The notes under the pieces are model-generated. The model saw nothing but the letters and a program-made list of their open reading frames with translations, searched no databases and was not told where the DNA came from. The translations under genes were made by a program, and so were the position numbers. Shown here piece after piece: positions 13,916 through 22,691 of a stretch of 64,000 nucleotides of DNA (positions within the stretch are counted from its first letter, which is position 1; the number at the start of each line of letters is the position of its first letter). The DNA is taken from positions 1,495,834-1,559,833 of the forward strand of contig MU004189.1 in the NCBI GenBank assembly GCA_010093605.1, written 5' to 3'. The DNA comes from Lophium mytilinum (lineage: Eukaryota).

Positions 13916-15436
13916 TCAGATTGATTGCTCCTTAATACTGTCCTTATTTTCCTTCACGGGATCCCCGGCCCACGGCGGCTCTCCATCGTCATCAAATTCT
14001 GCCCATTGGAAAAAGGAACATCTACCTTTCGTTAAATTCTCGCCCTCTTCAAGAGACTGGAGTTTCACTACTCACCCTTCTTTCCTAGGAGTATAGTTGG
14101 TATGACACATCCACATATATCTACCCCGGTTTTCCGTTCGTTTCTGCACACATCGAAGCACTGTCGGCACCCCGCATTTGCATTTCGGCGTAAATCGTGG
14201 ATGCAGGCTTTCCTTGTAGCATCGATAGGTGATGTTGATTCTTTTGTTCTTGGCAATTGGATGAGGGTCGATAGCCTGAGCCGGCGCAATCGAGTGCTTC
14301 CATTCCTCCTGCATTTCTGCATGCATCACGAGAAGGGAGTTGTGCGGTAGGTGAATTGAAATCTGCCCCTCTTTATCGGCTCGAGAGACATCCACCTTCT
14401 CTCCACCGCTGTCGCGAGGGATGACTTTTCGCACCCGGAACTCTCGTGCTACACCAAGACTGAGGCTCCCGATGACCGCCCGTGGGCCCAGGTACGTCAA
14501 TTGATCCGAGTGGTATCCCACGCTATTGCCGTTGTCAACGTCTATCATAATCCGGAAACGAAGCATGTTCACAAACCTCTGTGCTCCACCGTCATAGCAG
14601 TTCACAAAAGCCGCATTCGGCGCCCATGGATGTGGAGACTGGAACTTAAGCTTTTTAGCCTTGGGATAGAATGTCTTGATCCGTCTCTGTATCTCCTCAT
14701 TGACGGCAGCCTGTACTTTCGAGCCAACTTGTCGCATTTCTGGCAGTGTTTGCCGAATATCCTGACTAACCTCAGCACTTCATCAGCCAGCAACGCTCAG
14801 AAAATGACGCACCTTGATATAACTTCCATTGTAAACATACTCTGTTTTCTGCGCCTCTGCTTCGTCCCATGAGTTCGCATAAAAACACATCGTATGAGGA
14901 CTTTCTACTGTATTGCCAAACAACTGAAACGTCTCCCTTTGAAATGTCGGGGCTTCCTCCAGTAGCTCAAGCAATAGCGCATCGGCTTCATGGGAAGGGA
15001 GGAAATTGTGAATAATCGAGCACGGCGTATGCGTCTCGATATCTTCTGGGGCAAACAGATGCAAGGTTTGGCCCTTCTTGGTCAGAACCTTCTTTGTGCT
15101 TCCTGATAATCCGGATTGGCTTTCCTTGCTTGTGGTAAATGCTGATAACGATGATTGATATCCGATTCCAGTGGCGATTTTCTTCCGTGGAGAAACTGCC
15201 ATATTGCTGTGCTTTAGTGCCTGCGACGCGAGATCGACTGAGCCTTCTGACATTAGCAAGGTCTCCAGGAGTGTCTCTTCGTCACAGTGGGGATGAAGCG
15301 ATGCCAGCAGTGCCAACTTGAAGTCTGTAGACTCATCGTCGGTGGCGGGGTCTATCTGACACCGGGTTGATGCAGTCGATACATACTCCCGATCGTCAGA
15401 TAGTCTCCTCCTCTTTCTGGAAATAAAGGTATCCAT
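13916..15436 (-). CDS. AlkB-family 2OG-Fe(II) dioxygenase with CUE-like N-terminal region and C-terminal GRF zinc finger (4 exons)
   Basis: SVGYHSD (HxD), WKHSI, RINITYR, and CKCG...NRGRYMWMC...CSFFQW. Confidence 0.9.
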
Positions 15437-15704
15437 CGCGGCAGTTGACGTGTTGAAAACGCGTGAAGTTGGAGCCTGCTCTAGGTGCTTTGGGAGACAC
15501 GACAAGGCGTCATCTCGTGATCGGCAAATCTAAGACACCTCGGCTTGCACTTTATCGATAGAGCTACAGCGCTTGAACTCCACCACATGCCATACGCTCG
15601 CTCTTTGCCGTCCAGTCATGATAGAATTCGACTGCGACTATATGCCTTCTCATTACCGGTAGTCCCCAGATATCCCCACGCCGCGTCGGCGTGAATAGCT
15701 CAAT

Positions 15705-16832
15705 ATGCTCGAATTCCGGACTCAAGGGTATAACGGGTACTCGGTCAAGTACTCCCCCTTCTTCGACTCGCGCATCGCAGTCGCGTCTTCCGCAAATTTC
15801 GGACTTGTAGGGAATGGGCGTCTCTATATATTAGGGCTCACAGCGAACGGCATCGTGGCCGAGAAATGGTACCTACAACACACTTACCCACCCCTCCACC
15901 AGTTCGCAGCTAACCTTCTCCTCTACTCCAGGTTCGACACCCAAGACTCCCTCTTCGACACCGCGTGGTCCGAATCCCACGAGAACCAGATTCTCACTGC
16001 CTCCGGCGACGGCAGCATCAAGCTCTTTGACATCTCCTTAAACCAATTCCCCATTCAATCCTGGACCGAACACGCCCGCGAGGTCTTCTCCGTCCACTGG
16101 AACCTCGTAGCTAAAGATACCTTCCTCTCCTCCAGTTGGGACGGCACTATTAAAATCTGGAACCCAACCCGCGCCGAGTCTCTCGTCACGCTCCCCACCC
16201 ACAGCTGCACATACTCCGCCCAATTCTCCCCGCACAACCCCAGCCTCCTCAGCGCCGTGAGCAGCGACTCCCACCTGCGCGTATTCGACCTGCGCACGCC
16301 GGCGAGCGCATCAAACCACCTTACGCTCAGCGTACCGATCCACACACCCCCGAAAGCTCGAATGGGCGTCGCGCCCCCCGTCGGCATACCCCCCAGCGAA
16401 GCGCTCACGCACGACTGGAACAAGTACCGCGACAGCGTCGTCGCGACCGCCGGCGTGGACCGCTGCGTCCGCACTTTCGACATCCGCGCGCCGGGCGCCG
16501 GCCCGGTCGCTGTCCTCCCAGGCCACGAGTATGCGGTGCGCAAGGTGAGCTGGAGCCCGCATCTCAGCGACATCCTGCTCAGCGCGAGTTACGACATGAC
16601 ATGTCGCGTGTGGACGGACGGGAGCGCGATGGGGGTTGGGCAGCAGGGTGCGCAGGGCCAGCAGGACCCGATGGTGTTCGGGAATGGGCGGGAGTTGGGG
16701 AGAATGGGGCGGCATACGGAATTTGCGACGGGGGTGGATTGGTGTTTGTTCGGGGCGGAGGGGTGGTGTGCTAGTGTGGGGTGGGATGAGAGGGTTTTGG
16801 TTTGGGATGTACGGGCGATTATGGGGCCATGA
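15705..16832 (+). CDS. PEX7: Peroxisomal PTS2 receptor Pex7 (WD40; in-frame 63-nt intron 15869-15931)
   Basis: YSPFFDSRIAVASSANFGLVGNGRL N-terminus and WD repeats (SSSWDGTIKIW, SASYDMTCRVW). Confidence 0.96.
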   Translation: MLEFRTQGYNGYSVKYSPFFDSRIAVASSANFGLVGNGRLYILGLTANGIVAEKWYLQHTYPPLHQFAANLLLYSRFDTQDSLFDTAWSESHENQILTASGDGSIKLFDISLNQFPIQSWTEHAREVFSVHWNLVAKDTFLSSSWDGTIKIWNPTRAESLVTLPTHSCTYSAQFSPHNPSLLSAVSSDSHLRVFDLRTPASASNHLTLSVPIHTPPKARMGVAPPVGIPPSEALTHDWNKYRDSVVATAGVDRCVRTFDIRAPGAGPVAVLPGHEYAVRKVSWSPHLSDILLSASYDMTCRVWTDGSAMGVGQQGAQGQQDPMVFGNGRELGRMGRHTEFATGVDWCLFGAEGWCASVGWDERVLVWDVRAIMGP

Positions 16833-17953
16833 AGGGTATGAGATGGACTCTGGCGTTTGGATGGAGATGTTGAATGCTTATGTTGGGTTGCATAGCGCGT
16901 ATTGTGATGGGATTATGGGTTTTGACAGATGCTGTCCAAAATACGACGTTACGTTTGTTGCATCACGTCCGGATTTTCTATGATATGTTGGAGGGCCTCC
17001 AACAGTATCAGACGAGTGCGAAAAGAAAGCTCTGTTAGCAGCCTGATTTACAGCGTAAGATGACTGGAACTAGTCCTATCATTTACAATACACTGTGGTC
17101 ACTTAGAAGGTGCTAAACGGGAGTCGTAAAGTGTTCATATGAAACCTCCATGGCCGGCCTACTATTCATATCCAATGTAATACCAGAACCGTGACAACTC
17201 CTCCTAATCTAAGGAATGAAATAGTATGTCGCACGCGATGAAATGTATTAGACCGCCCCCGTCCTCTACAGTAGACTAGAGCACTGGATCCTGTGCGTAT
17301 ACGGAGAATTATGAATTGCTTCAAGACGTCATATTTGCCATGAAAGGACAAGTTTGTAAAAATATCGAATGGTCTTGAATGTCTCTAGGCTTGGTATGAG
17401 CTGGGTGGTTTTGTGTGAATGTCTTCCCTGGCTAGACAGCCAACAGCATCACTTTTCAAACGTCAGTTGATTCCACGCTGTGGGACTTTTGAATGTCGAT
17501 GGCCTAAGATTTTGAGACAAAGTCAAACTTACGACGGCAAAACATAGACTGCATTAATGTAGAATCGATCTATACTTCACTCAGTGGATACATCCTCTCT
17601 TAGAGATATCAATTTTTTTTCGAGACTATGGCATGCTCACATGCAGAGTTCGGAACATTAACATGGCAGCCAAAATAACGTACCCATACATTAAAGTAAT
17701 CTTTCATAATAGGGCTTGCAATGTATTAATACGTGGCCTCCTGCTCAATTCAGCCTATCATAGCTTAGTAGCACCGTTGAACCACGGAATGAGTGAAGAA
17801 TAAGTGAAACGTAACCATACTGAAATACATTTTCATGACTCAATGCTTGTCAACCATGGTACGGCGAAAATCCCCACACATCGCCTACCTGTATGATATT
17901 CTCCAACCCTCTCTCCTCCTTTTCTCCTTCGTCCCCCGCGGGGGCCACACCAG

Positions 17954-18003
17954 GTACGTAGCCTTCCCCCAATATCCTAATTCAACAGCTGACTACACTC
18001 CAG
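17954..18003 (+). other. Predicted 50-nt intron in the 5' UTR of the capping-enzyme gene
   Basis: CAG|GTACGT donor, GCTGAC branch site and CTCCAG acceptor, just downstream of a CT-rich tract (17900-17930) typical of fungal transcription starts. Confidence 0.7.
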
Positions 18004-18496
18004 GTTCATAATCCGTACCCCAGGCGAAAGGGTGACCATGCCAGCCCCAAGGCGAAAGGGTAATCATGCCATACTAACCACCTCTCCTGCCGGCAGAGAA
18101 ACCGCCGGCACCCAGCTGCTCAACGGAGGGAACCGGTACGCAAAAGCAGTCACGAACGCGCCATGCAGTCCGCCACATGGAACTTCGCGACTGTCTGGAG
18201 GGGAGCCGGGCTCGCCGCGGTTCAGAGTGTCCATCGTGGCATAAGGGGTGTACCTAGTTGGGTGGACTGTGATGAGAGGGACCACCCAAAAGGGGCGAAT
18301 CGCCGTCCGGGATATCAACGTGCCCGGCGTCAAGGTCTCTCTCGGTAGGTCGTTCCTGAGGTGATAAGCCGCTAGGTACAGATGTTGTATTCCCCTGGTA
18401 GGATGCGTGTATGCCATTAGACGCCTGGTAACCAGCCCGGGCGCTCGACGCGGGATGTCTGCCTTCACGGATCCCGCTCAGTAGCACATAACAGGC

Positions 18497-19978
18497 ATGA
18501 CGACTTTACAGGCCCCGTTTTCGTTGGCCTTTGCGAGCCAGGATTGTCAAGGTCAAGGTGAGTACTGCCCTCCCCCTCGTTTACAGCCAGACAGTGTCGC
18601 GCGGCATCTACGTAAGGGCCTGGAGGCCCTTCTCGGGCACGAGCCGAGGAGGAAGTTCCCTGGGGCGCAGCCGGTGTCTCTCACTCGAAAGCACTTGCAT
18701 AGCGACCTCTCGGGGTATATGGTGTGCGAGAAAACAGATGGAATCCGAGCATTCTTATGGTACACCAAGGATTACCGGACGGGGGAGCAAGCCATATTCT
18801 TGGTTGATCGCAAGTACTGCTTCTACCGTATTGATACTCGTACTACCCACGCACAGGCCTGCGACGACGTCCTTCTTGACACAGAGGTAATTCTTCACAA
18901 GGATGACACGTGGTCCGGCGTTGTTTTCCTCGTTTTCGACTGTCTCGCGTATGGTGGCGCAAGCATCGTCCAGAAGAAGTTGAAGTCGAGGCTGGGTTTT
19001 GCATCAGCATTTGAGGGGGAACTTCGAAGAAGAGCTGCTCCGATGCCAGTAGTGGTGACGGTAAAGAAGTTCCTGCCATTTAGTGGCGTGGAGAAGTGCC
19101 TGAAAGAGATGGAGACCGCCCCCCACGGGACTGACGGTCTTATACTAACCCCTCCGCGTGAGTACCGGTTCCATACGGATGGCGATCTGTTCAAGTGGAA
19201 GCCGGCACGGGAGAATACGGTGGATTTTCAGGTATGTATGGCCCCCTCCCCACCTACTAATTATAAGATGTGGCAGCTCGGTCTGTCTTTGTTCTATGGC
19301 AAGGGAGGACACGAGCTGTTCACTAGCCTCTTCTGGAATGAAGAGGAGTTCACGGCCATGGTCGCTGCGTGGAGGCCAGGTAAGGAGGCTGTACTGGAGT
19401 GTTGGAGAGATGAGAGAGGCCGCTGGCGGCCGAAGCTCGACAAGATCAACCAAAACGACGTCCCTCGGTTCCGCGACGACAAGGAAACTGCCAACTTCTT
19501 CAAGGTAGCCGAGAACGTGATCGCCTCTCTCGAGGATAACGTCACCGAGCGCCAGTTGAAGCTAGCAGCCAAGCGGTCCCACGTCAAGCCGGGTAGCTAC
19601 TTCGAACTCATGGGTGGTCGTGAGCGTGAGGCACAACAAGCTAAGTATGATCACAACGCCCGCTTTTTCGCTGATCGTCGATCTATGAGCCCGGGCAAAT
19701 ACCGACCAGTGTCTCCGCCTCCATACAGGAAATATGGCACTCAGTGTGACATACAACCCTCGTGGAGAGGCCCAAAAACGACAACATCCAGCTCCTCAGC
19801 GTCCGGATTGTGCCCGTCAAGCTCTGTCGTCCCGAGAGCGAAGCGTGAGCGGTCAGCCTCTACTTGTTCATCGCTTCAATCCCACCCTTCGAGCCCGGTT
19901 GGCCACGACTCGAAGCGGAAACGGTCGGATTCGGGCGTTTCTACGAGCTTCGCCGCCGCCTGCGAGGCGCCCATCTAG
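18497..19978 (+). CDS. mRNA guanylyltransferase (capping enzyme alpha subunit, Ceg1-like), divergent, no coding introns, Ser/Arg-rich C-terminal extension
   Basis: FPGAQPVSL; motif I VCEKTDGIR (Lys codon 18731); III LLDTEV; IIIa FLVFDCL; IV DGLILTP; V LFKWKPARENTVDF; VI RFRDDKETAN. Confidence 0.9.
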   Translation: MTTLQAPFSLAFASQDCQGQGEYCPPPRLQPDSVARHLRKGLEALLGHEPRRKFPGAQPVSLTRKHLHSDLSGYMVCEKTDGIRAFLWYTKDYRTGEQAIFLVDRKYCFYRIDTRTTHAQACDDVLLDTEVILHKDDTWSGVVFLVFDCLAYGGASIVQKKLKSRLGFASAFEGELRRRAAPMPVVVTVKKFLPFSGVEKCLKEMETAPHGTDGLILTPPREYRFHTDGDLFKWKPARENTVDFQVCMAPSPPTNYKMWQLGLSLFYGKGGHELFTSLFWNEEEFTAMVAAWRPGKEAVLECWRDERGRWRPKLDKINQNDVPRFRDDKETANFFKVAENVIASLEDNVTERQLKLAAKRSHVKPGSYFELMGGREREAQQAKYDHNARFFADRRSMSPGKYRPVSPPPYRKYGTQCDIQPSWRGPKTTTSSSSASGLCPSSSVVPRAKRERSASTCSSLQSHPSSPVGHDSKRKRSDSGVSTSFAAACEAPI

Positions 19979-20055
19979 GCCGTCGATTCCGGGAGGAGGT
20001 TGACAGTCCCCTACCGTGAGCGGAGGATGGTGGTGAGATGAGCGTAGTTCCATTC

Positions 20056-20105
20056 GTAAGTACTACTGCTGTTTCTCACCATAGCCTTGTCACTAAATCC
20101 AATAG
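20056..20105 (+). other. Predicted 50-nt intron in the 3' UTR of the capping-enzyme gene
   Basis: GTAAGT donor, CACTAA branch-like site and AATAG acceptor, starting 77 nt after the stop codon. Confidence 0.6.
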
Positions 20106-20135
20106 AATGCCTTCTTACGAACCTTAGTTGGCCTT

Positions 20136-20364
20136 GTCGGGAGGCGGTCTAAGGCCCCTGCTGCGATAGTGCAGGTTGGGTGGCTACTGGCTCTCGATCC
20201 TTTTTTAAGTCTTACCACCACCTCTCGCACTTTGAATGGTGCTAGGTCTTCCTTTACTACCGTTCTTGGAGCTCGTCGGGAGGTGGTATTAGGCCCCTAC
20301 TGCGACACGTCAGGTGGATGGTGGCTATCACATCTCGCTGTCTTTTGTAAGACTTACTGCTACC
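20136..20364 (+). repeat. Diverged direct repeat (two ~90-nt copies, 139-nt period)
   Basis: GTCGGGAGGCGGTCTAAGGCCCCTGCTGCGA...TAAGTCTTAC at 20136 versus GTCGGGAGGTGGTATTAGGCCCCTACTGCGA...TAAGACTTAC at 20275. Confidence 0.85.
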
Positions 20365-20663
20365 CTTATTAGCCACGTCACTAATTCTCTCAGAAAGTAA
20401 CCGAAGGATACCAGATGTGGGCGACGATGAACGGGTACTAGGTAGTGTAGCTCTTTTTGGCAATTTGAACTACTCCCCCGCCCCCGAAAACACTCTTGAT
20501 CAATGTCCTCAACCTGTTGTCTAATGCTGTATTGCTGTGATGTTGTGATATTGTGAATTTATTGAACTAAATGTGTGGCTGTTCTGCGCAGTGCCGTAAC
20601 AGTTTGGAGGTACCCTGGGAGGTCGACCATTTACGGCGTGTGAAGTGGATTATTGGTAGCTGT

Positions 20664-20777
20664 GTAATGGGAGTAATGGGAGCAATGGGAGTAATGGGAG
20701 TAATAGGAGTAATGGGAGTAATGGGAGTAATAGGAGTAATAGGAGTTATAGGAGTAATGGGAGTAATGGGAGTAATA
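20664..20777. repeat. 9-bp minisatellite (GTAATRGGA) x ~12.5
   Basis: Read directly from the sequence. Confidence 0.95.
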
Positions 20778-21257
20778 TAAGAAATTCGTTAAAAATGTTG
20801 GATATCTTTTTAGTCGTTGTTGTCGGAAGTCCTGTATATAGCGTTCGAAAATATTAGTTCAACGTTAAAACTCTAGACTGGCAACTGGAGTATTGCCTAC
20901 GTTGATATTCTGTATGGCCACAACATTGCGTGGTGCCCTGGCGTGCTTCTCGAAATATGGGAAGCTGTACCGATCCAGGCACTGTATGTCAGACCGCCGG
21001 ATCTTGCACTGAATTGCTACCAATTGCAAGCGTCGGGGGAGCTTCACAGGGTTAAGTTTTGCGACGTGCAATGTCAAATCAAGAGACTGTAAATTGGAAG
21101 ACTACTTTACGAATAGATTTTCCAGCGGTATGAAATTGCTAGGAGTGCCCCAACGCCATATAAGTACCCGCACTCTGACCCAAGTATCGTACCAAATCTC
21201 TATTCTTCCCTATAGCCATAGTCACAAATTCCGAAACGTCAACTCAGCCCGATTCGT

Positions 21258-22090
21258 TCAAACTTTTATCTCGGGCAAGTGCCCACTGAACTTGTCTCCG
21301 GCCTTGCTCGGTGGCGCATAGGACGATGACATTGGCTTAGGTTTTCCCGCCTTTACTGCCGTCTTTTTTCCCGACCCTGGGGTTGTACTCGTTCCCGGGT
21401 ATGGCTTGTCTGCCCCCTTCGATACGGACGCTCCACCAATTGGCTTTTTCGATGGATAGGTAGTCGTGCCCGGGTACGGCTTCGGCTTTGAGGCATCGGG
21501 CTTCGAGCTCGAGCTTGGGTAAGGCTTAGGCGCACTAGCCAACGCTGGCTTCTTCGTCGCAGCTGGCTTAGCTGTGGGTAAAGACTTGTTCGTTCCGCCA
21601 GGGTACTTGTTTGCGCCGATAGGAGTCGCAGAAGTCTTCCCGCCGATGGACTTGTTTGCGCCGATGGGAGTTCCCCCGGTCTTGCCGCCAGGGTATTTGT
21701 TTGCTCCGATAGGGGTCGAGGTCTTCTTCGTAGATGTAGATGCAGGACTCGAGTATGATCGCTGCACACTGGCGGGCTTTCCAGCGGTTATCGACTTCTT
21801 AGGTACGCTGCCCTTGATAGTATTGGCAGCGGCCTGGCCTCCGATCTTGGTAGCGTAGCTTGCTGCAGCGCCTTCTACGCCTATAATACAACGCGTTAGC
21901 TTTCGATATATGGACTAGGAAGAGCGCAAAGCTTGCTGTTGGCCGTACTCGTTCCGACGCCGCGTCCAGTATTCTCAATCAAGTCTCCTGCTTTGATCAA
22001 TGCATCACCCGCGAATCCACCTGCTGCTCGAGTCCCCGCGTCGACGAAGCCAGCGACGCTGTTGGATATGATGTTGGAAATGAAGTTCAT
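21258..22090 (-). CDS. Uncharacterised Lys/Pro/Gly-rich protein (2 exons) with 15-aa TPIGANK repeats
   Basis: ATG at 22090. A GTACGG...GCTAAC...ATAG intron (~21882-21948) joins MNFISNIIS... in frame to the 21258-21767 ORF. Confidence 0.75.
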
Positions 22091-22691
22091 GATGGTGAGA
22101 TATTTGGAAAGGAAGAGTGTGGAAGAGAGAACGACGGTTTTGGTGGAATGGAAAGAGACGCCACAGATCGATGGAGCTGTGGTTGGCCTTGTGGCATCCT
22201 GGGGATTCTTGTTCTGGAGTGATGCATCTTGCCTCAAAATGACGTCGAGCGGCTGGGATGCAAGGGTTGAGTGCGGAGGATTGGCCCAACGCAGATCATG
22301 GTCACGTGCTGTACGAGGTGTTACATTTACTACTCGAATGCAATATACGAGAAGAGCGTTGGAACGATTAGCTATCAAAACTGTAGTGCAGATGTTGTAG
22401 TGTAGAGAAGGACGATTCGAAGGCAGAGAAAGGGGTATAGCTTCATGTGGCACGTGCATTTTGATAAGCTATTCTTGTTCCTCGTGACATTGGTATACAA
22501 ATTTTGATCTCCGTACTTCGATCCTTTCATGTACCCTACAGAATAGCAGCATAGCCCGGCAAAAACATGATTGCTGCGTATATCAACCATGTTAATCGAC
22601 AATCCCATCAGCCCAATGCCCCAAAACGCCGTGCTAGACACATTATCATACAAAAATCATCAACTGTTTGATAGTACATTTACAAACAACG

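Noticed and set aside
18260..18310. Hammerhead ribozyme or TPP riboswitch in the leader
   Set aside because: The CTGANGA...GAAA core and the TPP consensus segments are not present in the required arrangement.
17900..20110. Telomerase RNA (about 2 kb, structured, with a 3' splice signal)
   Set aside because: No TAACCCTAA-type template was found (the nearest, CTAACCCCT, lies inside the ORF), and the region holds a long motif-bearing ORF.
20571..20780. ORF encoding (GVM/GVI)n; also considered as a CRISPR-like array
   Set aside because: It is simply the translation of a 9-bp minisatellite, with no spacers and a eukaryotic context.
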